Positions 36,987-49,595 of a stretch of DNA of 64,000 nt are shown in pieces. The stretch is from Toensbergia leucococca (taxonomy: Eukaryota). Under the pieces are notes generated by a model. That model was not told where the DNA came from and did no database searches. It was given only the letters and a program-made list of their open reading frames with translations. The stretch covers positions 186,001 to 250,000 of the forward strand of contig JALDZS010000008.1 in NCBI GenBank assembly GCA_022813965.1, in the 5' to 3' direction. The stretch's first letter is position 1. Every line of letters begins with the position of its first letter. Made by a program: the position numbers and the translations under genes.

Positions 36987-39439
36987 TTACAATGCAGAAC
37001 CCAACCCAAGAGCCCCGTATCTCGGTTCGAGGACTTTCTCTGCGTCTTTCCCACAATTTATGAGAGCTTCTTCCAAGTTATATTCAAGATTTCGACGAAA
37101 GGCTATGTCTGAAACAGACTCTCCGTTCCTGTTTACGGCGAACAGATCTGCCCCGGCATTGATGAGGATGATCATGGTCTGGATTAATCCATCGGTGTTG
37201 CAACGACCAGGGTTGAAAAAGCGAAGCAGGGTATGGAGACACCCATTTCCGGATCTGTCTCGCACAGTGACGTCTGCTCCACGATTCAAAAGCAGGGCAA
37301 CCTTTTCGGGCACATTTGTTTGATAGGCGTAACTTATGCCAGTGAGCATCTGCAACATCACATCACGACCATACCAGTTCCGGTGCATCAAGTCGAGGTA
37401 GGGGCCGCCAAGATTGAGATATATGCGCATTATTTCCTGGAAGTCATCAGCATCACTACAGAATCTACTGCAAAATTATAAGCATGCCGTGGTTCCTGTG
37501 ACGTAATGAGTGATAGGAGAACTCCATGAAAAGCCCATTGCGTCGCAGATATCCATTGTCGGATCTGCTCCTGCTTCTAATAGTAGTCGAGTGCATTCTA
37601 GAAATCGATCGAGGTGAATAGCATCTAACTCTGACTCTCGTACTAATGTCACCAAAGGAGGACTGAGACAGAATTCCTTTGTCAGCAATCAAGGACCTTG
37701 AATACCAGAGCTGATCCTGTGCTGCTCACTATAAGAAAGGTTCAAAGTTGAGCTCTCCAAAGCGCTTCTCTAGCGAGTTCACATCGGCGCCATGATCGAT
37801 AAGGAATTTGCAGATCTCTGGTCTTGAGTGATAGATAGCAAGCTAAACATTGTTTGAGTCTCTTCTTCTGAAGCCAAAAAACGGAACATTGGCTTACATA
37901 CATTCAGTAACGACCGACCAATGACATCACAGTCGAAGATGGAAGCTTCACCCTTGTCAATCATTTCGACAAGCGATTTAAGATTACCATCCATCGTGGC
38001 CCGGAATACGTCTGAATTGTTGGGCACAATCCTGGAGTGCGATAAGGTTGGTAATATAACACTGAACCCCTCGCTCGTCACACGTTGGAAGAATGTCGCT
38101 GATACTTTAGTTCTGTGTCTGGTAACATCTGGTAAGATACATATACTCCCTGTATAAATCTCCAAGACTGATTGGCAATCAGATTGACCGATCTCTTCTT
38201 CGCATGTATCCTCTTTAATATTGTGTTGCCAGATCAGAGAAGTAAGAGCGATAATAGCACCATCCATCTCATAATTACTTGCCATAGCCCTTGGTCTCAT
38301 CCGTCGTTCAATGGCTGACATATTTTGAAACGGTGCTTTGATTTCGTTTAGTCTTATGGATTGAGAGCCTTGGAAAATCCCTTGAATCCTTTTGACTTGA
38401 TTGGTATTTTGTAGCTCCAACTTGGGCCACTGGCCCGAAGTGATCAAAGAGTCTTCATATTTCAGCTCTCTCTTGCCGTTCTTGGCTGAGACTCTGATAT
38501 CTTGTGCTCGTAAAATGATACCTAGAATCGTCTCTAGGTCTTGGAGGACGGCTCGGCCCAGACCTAAGATTGAGAGGTTCGCATTTTTCGATTGGAGATG
38601 ACAGAGTCTATCTATAGCGCGTGAAACTGTGAAGCCGACGCTTTGGATCTCCTGCATCCTTGGCAATTGGCCCTCCAAAACTCGTTCACGAGCATCAGCA
38701 TCATGGCAATGACAACCTTCAAGCTCTCGATTTTGCCTTTGAATCTGTAGCTCCTCCATGCGTTGTTCATTGCTCCCGTGTAGAGTTGTTTGTTGTAATA
38801 ATGACTCTAGCCTATCAAATCGACTAGCGAGGTGAAAGTTGGCTTTATTCTTTTGCGACTCCTGCTCGCTATGTTGAGACATGATTACGTTGAAAGCAGT
38901 ATTGAAAGCGTCATTTGACCGCACAATTCGCTCGTCGCGAGCAAAGTCGTTGCAACTAGTGGTAGGGTCGAGGAGTCAGTAAGCAAGCTATGACAGGAAG
39001 ATGCTATAACTGACCTGTTGACCACCGTTAGCTGAACGCCAAGTATTATGACATGGTTTTGGACGAGATTCCACATCCTTCCAATTGCCTTATCTTTACC
39101 TATGATCCTTATTCTTTGGCTAGCTTTACGCAGACGGCCTTCCCTTTCTGCTATTTGGAGTTTCTCAAGTCGGTTCTGGATAGTCCCTAAATCTGTAGAA
39201 CATCTGTACAGCTGCAATTGAAGATGTTGACCTGCGCTGCTTTCTTTGAAACCCTGTTGAATACCCTGGATTGAAAGATCGGATACTTGTTGTAAGATCT
39301 GTTGCAACGCTTTCGTGGCAGAGAGCAATTGGGAGACTTGAACAGAGGCATGTTTGAAACCTTCCAGTAATTCGTACAAGGCTTTCGCGGATTGGAGAGT
39401 AAATGTAACAATGGCTATTGAGCTTGCAACAACGTCCAT
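36987..39439 (-). CDS. HeLo-like (fungal STAND N-terminal type) domain plus ankyrin repeats, no NOD domain seen
   Basis: MDVVASSIAIVTFTLQSAKALYELLEGFKHA N-terminus; ankyrin motifs ICKFLIDHGADVN, LLLEAGADP, LLNRGADVTVRDRSGNGCLH, LINAGADLFAVN. Four introns. Confidence 0.8.
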
Positions 39440-39961
39440 CGTGAAGGGGACATATGCACGAATCAGTCACGCTCGAAATGATACAGCGACAAGGAAGCGT
39501 GCAGAAAAGCAATTGAGGTAACAGGCAGGGGACTGGGAAAAGAAATCAGGCATTTTGTAACAGCACACAAGGTTGTTCGAGGGGTGGATCTAGACATGGC
39601 CTATTGGCCTCACTCTCTTTGCCTCGACTTGACATTAGGCTCCTCGTACTACTGTACTGTTGTCAATGCCTCAGGCACTCCACAGATGGATGGATTCATA
39701 GAATTTCCCGTCATACTTAACGTTCAATGTAAATTTCATCCGCATCGTAACACGGACCAAACGAGGAAATGCTGTGAAGAAGTGGAAGTTATCATAGAGC
39801 AGGGCACCAGGCTCAAAGGAATAGGGCTTGGACCAAGACGTAGGTATTTAATGCCTCGGCTTCAATCTAGCCCCCGCCCCTTCGCCGCCATTGTTCATTA
39901 TGCGCGTCTCAACTCCATGATAGCAATGATAAGAACCTCATAAGACTCTCAACCTTGCATC

Positions 39962-41277
39962 ATGACCATTGACGGCTCTACTGGCGCCATCATGAATCTT
40001 TACAAGCAAGCCCAGTCCAGCATCCCAGACGTCATCTCATTACCCCCAACATGGCTAAGAACCTACGAAGATTTCGTCACCAAAAACGCCAGCGCAGTCT
40101 CGCAAATCGAGTCTGGTCTTCGTTCTCTTACTTACATTATACCTGGTCAGTCTATCTATCGCCAATTCCAAATCCGCAAACTAAACTATGTATGCTCAGG
40201 CCGCTTCCGTGAATCCGAACTTGCCTCTGAATCACGTATGCTCCTCACTCCGACTCCGTACATTTTAATGCCACCTATTATCTGACGCAGTTCACCTCTC
40301 TAGTTCACAGCTCCATCCAACTCCTCTCCCTATACCATACCTCCCTCCTCTCCACCCCCCTTTCCCGCCCCTCCCCCCACACACGCTATACAAAATTCTG
40401 GACCGCACGTTCTCCCCTCTACGCCCGTATTGCCCTTCTCCTCCAAACCATCCAATATACTGAACTCCTCTGCGAAATGGCTGCAAAACGCAAGGGCGAG
40501 AAAATGCGCTGGCGCGTCGTCGTGATGCTAGAAGTTATAAAGGCAATATGTCGCGTGGTTTTAATGGGGGTGACGAAGTCTAGACCTCTGGTCACTCCCG
40601 CACTAGCGGAACGGGAATTAGAGCCGAAGACCAAAGAGGAAGACGAGGGTCAATGGGATGGTATGGATGAGATGAAAGGGACCGAGGAGTGGAGGATGCC
40701 AAGGACAGGACTGAAGCTCCCGAAGCTACCGGAAGGAAGCGAGATAGTAGACTTCCTTGGCAAGAAGGTGTTGACAGCGGATGATATCAAGGGGCCACAA
40801 AGACTACTACGGAGAGTTACGTCGAATCAAGGGCGGGTCGCAGAGGTGATGTGGATACTAAGACCCGTAATCTATGCCTTGGCGATGCAAAAATGGAGAG
40901 AAAACAGAAAGGATTGGAGGCCGTGGGTGTTGGGAGTGAGCATCGAGGTCGGCGCAAGACAGTTAGCGAAAAGGGATTTACGGCAGAGCGTCGTTGGAGG
41001 AATGAGGGGATTGACTGCTCTGGAGCGAGAGGAACTGCAGAAGAGAGGGAGGGGAATGGGATGGTGGACTATCAGGGGAGCTTTTTATGAGAATGTGACC
41101 AAGTAAGTTTTGCCTGGAGCTTGAATCCTAATTTGGAGACTGATGTGCGGTAGGGCATGGATCCAAGGCGTGGTGGGTTCGCTGAAGGGAAAGCTGCTGT
41201 TGGATATGATTGGTGGTATTATCGAAGACTATGAGTATCTCTGGGACGAATACTATTTCTCAACCTCGACAATGTAG
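39962..41277 (+). CDS. PEX16: Peroxin 16
   Basis: YEDFVTKNASAVSQIESGLRSLTYIIP|GRFRESELASES, PHTRYTKFW, IQYTELLCEMAAKRKGEKMRWRVVV, RGAFYENVTK, DYEYLWDEYYFSTST. Three introns. Confidence 0.95.
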
Positions 41278-42545
41278 GAGGTTTGAGCTGCTATGTGTGT
41301 GATTCTTCTCGGTGTTGTTCCCGGGATATGGAGTTTGCGGAATGGATTTGAGGTAATGAGCGGCTTGTACGAATAATGTACATCATCGTTGGAGATCTTG
41401 ACGAACATAGATGGTTGTACATGTTCAAATTCCATGGAGTTGCTTTACGCATGATGTAGGTGAAAGAGTAGAGAGAGAGACAGAGAGTCAAAAGCATGTG
41501 TGCAATGATAGTTTCTCATTAGTAGCATTTTTTGCAACGAAAATGTGAGGGCTAGGATTAGGGCTAGGGCTCATGCTTGTACTCAGGATTGTATCATTTA
41601 AATCTTGTCCTTCTACTCGGGCATTCAATGTTAAATAAAGTCTGATTATGAGATCTGTTTAAGTCATAGATTGAAAATTCTCTTATGAGAAAACTTTTCC
41701 AACTTTTAATCATAGCAATAAATGATCTGATTGATAGTGAGTAGTTAAAGACTTGAGTGACATTTTGGAAGGGTTCTTCTAGTGGTTGGTGATAATCCCT
41801 TGTTACCTTATGTGTCTGGCTCGTGATGATTCTAGGTGTCTTAGGGGGCGAATATCTCGTGCTAGGATAGAATAGGCTGTGGGCCGGAGCAATGATGATC
41901 CGACCCGGGGGCAAGGAACCTAAGATGGAACCGTGACACATTTTTGAACTGCTTCAATGTGACAGTAATTTAATTCTTATAGTCCTTTAATCTGACTACT
42001 TGCTGTACATACCAATCAATCTCCAATGTGTGATTGTTGGTTCATCCATGCCTATTCAAAGGTGCGAGTACTCTGGCACTCTGGGTCGGAGTATTAATGA
42101 AACGTGCCGTGTCTTTCATGAAAGATGCAAGCATGAGAACGTTAATCAAAGAAATGAGTTGTACTCAGTGTCTCTGAAACGTTCAGTTGCCTTTTAGAAC
42201 TTGATTGACTGCCCTGCTTTGTAGACACTTGGGGTCCTACCTTGTGACTGTGTTTAGTAAAGCCAAGAAACAGATTCCTGTGGCGCTTTCTGCACTTCTC
42301 GTAAATATGGTCTTGAGCCACCAAACGCGGTTGAGCGTGACTTAGAATATTCTAATTCGCGAACAACAACTCACTTCTCTTCACGACGCCGATCGCAACA
42401 ACACATACAACATCATGTTCCCTTGAGTGAAAAGTCCATAGAATGTCCACCTATTTTATCAGTCATCAAAAAAGCCATTGCGAAAATACTGATCCCACAC
42501 CTACCCCGCAGAAGTCGAACCCAAATATCCGTACTTCATTCTGCA

Positions 42546-45500
42546 ATGGCCAAAACCACTTCACAAAGCAATCTTGTGGATCTTACATCCGACATCGAGG
42601 ATTGTGCTGACAATGACTTCGAGATGCTCCGAGTTGCCGCCTCAAGGGCCCAGGATGCAGCTCTCCGTTATGAGACCCAGACGATGAGCCTGGAGACTAT
42701 TCGTTCCCCGCGAGTTCCTGCCTTCAAAACTCAGTCTGAGCAGTCGAGCGAACGGGTATACATCGACTTGTGTAACGAAAGTCCAAGCCCGCCTCATACA
42801 AATCCTCTGGAATCTACCCTGAGGCGTGGAAGTTATTCCACAGACCCGGATCGCAACCTAAACGGCCGCGAAGATCCTCGTCGAACCTCATGTCTTGAGG
42901 CAGGCCCCTGCACCCAAAGATTGCATGACGCTGCTCCTATATCAGGGATTGCGAATCACACTTCAGAGAATCATCAATCACCGAGGGAGAGAAGCCCAGC
43001 AGCTTTGCCACTTGCCTCAAGAAAAGGTCCTGGTCATCTTGAATCAGTCAAAAGCAGAGACATACAGACTTCATTGCTACAATCTTCGCCAACGAAAAGA
43101 GATAGTGGAGAAACATTGCAGACGAAGCGTTTTCGATCCATGATAGGGGAAGGTGAAACTTCTCAAGTAGGGGGTCAGGCCTCGTTTTCAAAAGCCATTG
43201 ACAAGGTGTCGAAAGCTTTGAAAGACATCTCAAGAGCACTTGAGGATGAACCTAAGAGACCTCAGAAAGGCTATCCTTCGCTGCAGAGGCATTTTACACA
43301 TGAAGGTACTGGCCTTTCTCAGGGGGCCAAGCGGAAGTCGCTGTTGCCTCCAAAGAAACAACGAAACGCAAAGAGGAGGACCTTCCACTCTAACGAAGAC
43401 ACTAATGCAGTCCATTCTGGGAATGAAAATAAGCCGAAATTTGGTTCATATAATGTCCGCGCCATCGCTAGCGACGAAGCTTTGGGACTTACTGAGGTCT
43501 TGGAGAATTATATTTACCGCGTCATCAATGCCATAAGTGAGCAATACTCTGGCATGCTCTCAGAACGGGCTTTGCTTCCTATCTGCAAAGGGGTAAGTCT
43601 TCCTGTGGCGAAAGACCCGGGAGACTCTTTTGTCATGCATAGAATCTAATATACGATCGCAGGTTGCTAACGAGGTCTTTGAAGCTCAAGCTCTGAGTCA
43701 ATTTCATGATTCGCAGCTGAGTAAAAGGGAGAAGATAATAATCAAAAAGGCGGTAAAGAGCTCGTTTGATCGAAGAGTGTCTCATATAGCCAATGAACAG
43801 GCTGGGAAGAAGCACAGAGCTGTCTCCAGCAGACTCAAAAGGCTCAATGAAACTTCTCCGCCGGATGATTATCACGATGAACTTGACCTGTCTCCAGGAT
43901 CTTGCACAATTCCCCATGCACCTTATGATCTTTCACCCTTGGGCGCTGGGCAGGATTCCCAGCCTCTGCGAAGTTCCTTGCTGATAGATGTGTCCATTGA
44001 TACGAGACGGATTTCAGGGAAAAACCTCATGGATCAGTCCCCAAGAGATGATGTGCCAGTAAACAACGGTGTCCAAATATCTCTCAAGACCTCGCAGTCA
44101 AGAAATAAAGGTATCATAGGCGACAGAAGGGCCATGTCTCTTGAGCTCATCTTGCGCTCCCAGGATCACGACGCGCATTCAGACGTAGCTTCGTCCGAAG
44201 GTTCCAACGCCAGCGCAAACCCCACAACACTGCTAGACCAAGGCGAAGGCATAATTCAAGTAGGTCCTGATAACAAACAGCCATTGCTTCGTGTGGGCAG
44301 GCATTGTGATCCCCAGCGTTCCACATCTGATGATCAAAAACATCTAAGCAAAGCTTCAAGGAGTCCGAACCGTACCAGATTGAACTTGAAGGAGTCCTTT
44401 AATAGTTCCAAGTCGAATTATGATTGTGGTGTTCATGAAGATTCTTGCGAGGACGTGGCGCTAAATGCTTTGAGGTCAGGAATGACATCGCCGGCTCAAA
44501 AGTCATCGACGACCCCAAAACAAAGTCCTGTGAATGTCTTGTTCCGTGCAGAGTCGCATCCAGACGTGCTCCCTCCACCCCATCCTCCAAATTCCATCGC
44601 ACACGCTGGTAGCAACAACGCTGTTGCTGTAACACATAGCTTGCATCAACCGCCTGGAGTCAAAATGCAGAATAACCCAGAATGTAGGCTATCCAAAATC
44701 ACACGGTAAGATTCCAGGATTGAAGTATCTGACCTTCTAACGTCTCAAGTAGTCTCGAATGCCGCCCCTCGTACAAGAGTCGGATCAGCTTCTTTGCATT
44801 CAGTACCATTAGATATGATGGACAATCGAGGACTCATTTCTCAAGAAAACAATCGCATACCCCTGCCATCCAAACTTGGCCTGGAAGTCAAAGTTGCGAA
44901 CATGGCTAATCTCAGGCCGGGCACCCACCGCCCCTATCTGGTCCGTTATGAGCTGTTATGGCCACTCCCTAACGTCGACAATATAATACACGTGGATTTT
45001 TCTGATGTCGAGTGCGAGGATATCAAAGAGGAGTTGATCAAGATACGTGGGCCGATACCTGTGTCAGACTATCGCCTTCTACCCATCAGGCAGCTCGCAA
45101 ACCTATTAGAGAACATTTCCGACATTGACTTTGATAAATTCACACGGACTTTGCGTCGTTCTCAGCTAGGCTCGTTGAAGGGCAGAACCCATGAGGACTT
45201 TGAATCCTTCCTGTCCGACGTACGACGAGGATTAGTGAATGAGAGACCGGGGATAATACGGGCCAAGGCCAAAACGCTTGCTACAGTTGACAACCAAGAT
45301 TCAGTGGCTCGTCAAATCCGTCCCATTGGCCACTTTACCGGTCTAGGCTTGTTCCAGCATGGCAGTACAGATATCACCCATGAACAAATGATATCTGGAG
45401 TAAACGGAAATTGGAAGTCTTGGAGAGGGGCATCCAAGGATGTGATCACAGCTGCGTGGGCTCCCAAGGGCAATGAGCTTACATATGCTGTGGGCGCCTG

Positions 45501-47394
45501 CACCGATTGTTCTGAATCGATGATGCAGTATAACCAGCCAAGAAACTTACTACTTGGGAATGTTGACACGAACACGATCAAAGAATTACCGGACCACTAT
45601 GTTGAGGATGCTTCTGCAACAGTCACAGAACCTGTCTATATGACTGTATCTGCAGTTCAATTCTCAATTGATGGAGAGCAATTGTATACCGCCAGTTATG
45701 ATAAGACCGTGAAAATTTGGGACGTCACAAGCTCCGCGTCTGCAACGTGCGTTCAAACACTTCCTCACAACGATCGAGTCGACTTATTGGAGGCTTCGGC
45801 CCACTGTGCCGGCAGATTTGCGACCGGGTCCAGAACTACAGAGGGGGCAGTCCGTGTCTATACGGTTGGCTCGGAGAACCAGGAGCAGTCGCATCAGACC
45901 TACTCGTGTAAACGAATCGAGGAGCGTGTAAAGCGTCTACGGTATCCGAGTATCCTCCGATGGGGGCCATCCGAAGGGAATAAACAATTTCTCTTGGCAG
46001 GATTCTCGAGCTATACAAGCGAAGAGGAGGGCCATAATCCTGACAAGGGCGATCTGTGCCTATGGGACATCGAAACGGGGCATCCATTCCCACTTAAACC
46101 TTCATCACAGAGTGTGTTTGCAGCAGCTTGGTCGCTAGAAGCGGGTGCGTGGCAATTCGCTACGGGTGGCACTCCATCGAAAAACAACTTAACATACCGG
46201 GGAACCACCAATTCAGTCGTTCGCATGTACGATTTCCGCCTCCACGGTATTCTCAAGGAATATGAATGCCCTGCCTCAGATATTGAAGATGTGGTATTCT
46301 GCCCCTATAAAATAGACTACGTATGTGCGGCAACCACAGATGGCTCTACATACGTTTGGGATCGTCGCTTTCCGGACTACTACTTGCACCGTCTCGAACA
46401 CCGCGAACCTATCAACAATACTTGGGACGGAATTGAGGTTAGCTGGCTACGAGAAGAAGGTGATTCTGGGGTCAAGCTGTCCTCGTGGGATCAGAATGGT
46501 ACGCATTTCTATACAGGGTCCTCGGATGGATTCGTCAAGAAATGGGACATCTTAAAGCCGCCAGGAGAGGCATTCATTGAAGATGTTTTCAATGTGGACG
46601 CGCCAATAATGTGTGGTGCCTTCTCACCCGACAACACAAATTTGCTGGTTGGGGACTCCGCGGGTGGTGTCCACATTATTGACACTCACATACAGCCTCC
46701 TTATACTACAGGGTTGAAGCCAGTGCCAATCCAGTACATTTCCGCTGATTCCAGACCTGAGGACAAGGTTCAAGTCGAGCAGGATGTTCTTTCAAATTTT
46801 GCTAATATGGTTGAAGATGGGGAATTTAAGGTTCATCGGCCGTTTGGCGTCTTTCAGGGTGATAGCTATCAACGTTGGTGGTGGGAGGGAAATTTGCCTC
46901 CCTATAAAGACCAGCCAGATGAGGCATCTCCAGAATTGCGAGCATTGCATATTTGCCCGTCGGAGCGATCGATGGCATTGGTGAGTGTGGATGAAGCTCG
47001 AGAGGGAGACAGATTTGTCGAACTCCAAAACCACAAATACAAGAAAGAATTCGCTGCCTTCAAAGCATGGCGTAAGACCGAGGTCGGGCAAAGTTTTGAA
47101 TCAATTGAAGTAGAGAATCTGGAAGCTCGGGATGCTTTTCTCACCTTTAGAGAACAATTCTTTGCGGAAGGGGGAGCCGGAGGCATGGACAAGTATTTGG
47201 CCGAGAAGTGGGGGCCGGAGGTGGCTGCTGCACGTGTGGATCGGAGATCTGCGAGGGCGATGCGGAAGCGGGAGGAGCTGAGGCTGGCGGAGGAGAAGGC
47301 GTTGGAGCTGCAGAAGAGTCCGTTTCCGGAACAGGCTGGTCTTGCGGGGGCGAAACGACGTTTCAGTGAAGTGGATACGGAAGATGGGGAGTAG
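42546..47394 (+). CDS. Large WD40-repeat protein with long disordered N-terminus (DCAF; Raf1/Dos1- or DIM-9-like suspected)
   Basis: WD repeats YTASYDKTVKIWD, LCLWD, TYVWDRR (WDxR), FYTGSSDGFVKKWD; WRGASKDV..MQYNQPRNLLLG. Two introns near 43593-43662 and 44683-44751. Orthology is inference. Confidence 0.75.
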
Positions 47395-48902
47395 AGAGAA
47401 GATTGTTGTGATTCATGCGGATGAAGGGAGAAGGAAGAAAGAGCGATGGGGGAGAGGTGAGTTGGTTGATACTTGTGGATTGTGCTGGTATGGGGAATAC
47501 CGTTGGCGGGGGCTGATGGAATCAATCGGAGAGAGAGCGTGTGTGTTTTTGCTGGTACAGTGATACCCATAGCGATTTTTGTTCCAAACGAAAACGGCGG
47601 TTTTGTTGAAACAGTGCCAGATAGGGGCATTTACTTAGGCCCAGAAAATTGAATAAAGGTTTTTCCCAAAAAAAATATGGGAGTGGTGCTTGTGTGGCGT
47701 GCTTCTATGATTGTTATCCCTCTCTCTCTCTCATCTTTTTCGTCGCCGAGGGTCTCGAGTCTGATTATGATTTCCTTCATTGATTCAAGGGCTCTGGGAT
47801 ACCTACGTGGATATTCCCCACCACTGACCCCCGCCCCAATTCACAGTTTCACAGTTCCACATCCCGTTTTTGCCTAAGGACTCCACCCCTTACTCCCTAC
47901 CCCCCACCAACCCCTCTCTCTCACACACAAGCCAAATACCCCTCCCACACAAACCCCATCGCATAAAATCTCTCGCCGGGCCGGGCCCCCCCCCCCCCCC
48001 CCCCAACACTGGAAAACAACCCAACCCCATCCACCCCCCCACCTCTTTCAGCGCCCTCCACCTCATCCCCAGATCAGAAGTCACAAATTTGTATTCACCC
48101 CAGGTAATTTTGAAAGGGGAAATAAGGGTGAGAGGGTTGGGATGAGTTTTTCTGTGTATGGGGGGTGCGTGGGTTGTGGGTTATAGGGTTGGAGAGGTGC
48201 GTGGTGGTGGTGGGGGTTGTTGTGGGGGGGGATGTGGGAGATTGGATTGAGAGAGTGGTTGGTTGAATGGGGGAGGGAGGGTGTTGTTGTTGGCGGGGAA
48301 GGGGGGGGAGGGGATTGTATCAGACACAAATGTGCCGAACATTGCAGTCCCACTCTAAAAGATGTTGATTCAAGAAGACTTAAAAGGGCCAGTCAGAAAA
48401 ACTCACGTTCTTAATAATTCATTGAGGAGGGAGTGTTGAATGTTTGTCTTCATCCAACAAACATGAGCGATTCCGGAGACTTTGAGTCTTTGAGTATTCA
48501 AAGAACAGGAACGCAAGTTTGATAAATGAAGATGGATTTTTGCTTTGGCTAAGGAATAAAAGCTGGTATCATTGCATGCTCGTGGTCATTAGTTGATAAA
48601 ACCCCAAAAAAGTACAAAATACAAAAAGCTACCGGAATCCTGAAGCATCTTTGCGGATTTCGAAACCCAGAGCCGGCCCCCAAAAAAAGGCTTGCTTAAA
48701 ATGTGCATGGGGAAAAATCCTAGCAAGAAAATCGGCCATTCAATTATCGACGCTTGAGTCTTTGAGGTCAGACAAACAGGATATTTTCAACTTCCCAACG
48801 TCGGCTCTTGTGCAAGCATGCTCTAGTGTTGGGTATGGCTACGATACCAAACGCCAAGATTCTAGATTGCTAAAGGGACAGGTAACAGCAGAGAAGTGGA
48901 AC

Positions 48903-49595
48903 CTAGACACCTGTGTGAACTTCCATATTTGGGGCGGGTTTGGTGCTGGAGGTTCCGCGGGTGCTGAAGACGTGCATGGCTGCAAGGACAGTGGTTGCGG
49001 CAAAGAGGAGCCTGGGTAGGAGTGGCGATGTTAGCTACCAGTATCCATAACGGAAGGCTAGCATTTCTCTGTCAAATAGCAAAGAAGAAGCCTCGCGACA
49101 AGCTCGCCCTTTTGCGCCAATGCCCCTGCCAGTCGAAATACAAAAAGCGAGTACATACCATTCGAAGGCGGCAAATACGGCCGCAGCCTTCAAATCATTG
49201 CAGATGCTCCCCCAGCAAAGATCCAAGTCTCCAATCCACACCGAGAGAGCGATAAAGCCCGCGAACCAAAACAGCATGGTCAAGGCATCGACGGCGAGGA
49301 TGGCGAATTTATGCGCAAAAGCCGAAAAGTAGACTGGGCTGAGAGCGAGGTAGAGGGTTGCGAGAAGGGTCCAGGCCGAGGTGAAGATCAAAAAGTTTAC
49401 CTGGGAGGGAGAGATGTCATTGTAGCCGTAGGACAAGTCGTTGAACCAGTCGGCGACTGTAGGACGAGGGGGAATTAGTTGATGGCTCTGATGGCAATTT
49501 GTTGGGGTGGTCTTACCGTAGGCTGTTAAGCCGAGGACTATGATGGCGAAAAGAGCTTGGGCGGCGCGGAGGGGGAGGATGAAGCCGAAGGCCAT
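48903..49595 (-). CDS. MARVEL (membrane-associating) domain protein
   Basis: LRAAQALFAIIVLGLTAY, SPSQVNFLIFTSAW, DALTMLFWFAGFIAL, AAAVFAAFE|WLLF; four TM helices. Two introns. Confidence 0.9.

Noticed and set aside
41546..41569. TGAGGG CTAGGA TTAGGG CTAGGG telomere-like hexamers
   Set aside because: Only one perfect unit; too short to call an interstitial telomere.
47870..48414. ORFs and apparent fold-back of C-rich and G-rich halves
   Set aside because: Complementarity is compositional rather than a true inverted repeat; no TIR or TSD, so not called a MITE.
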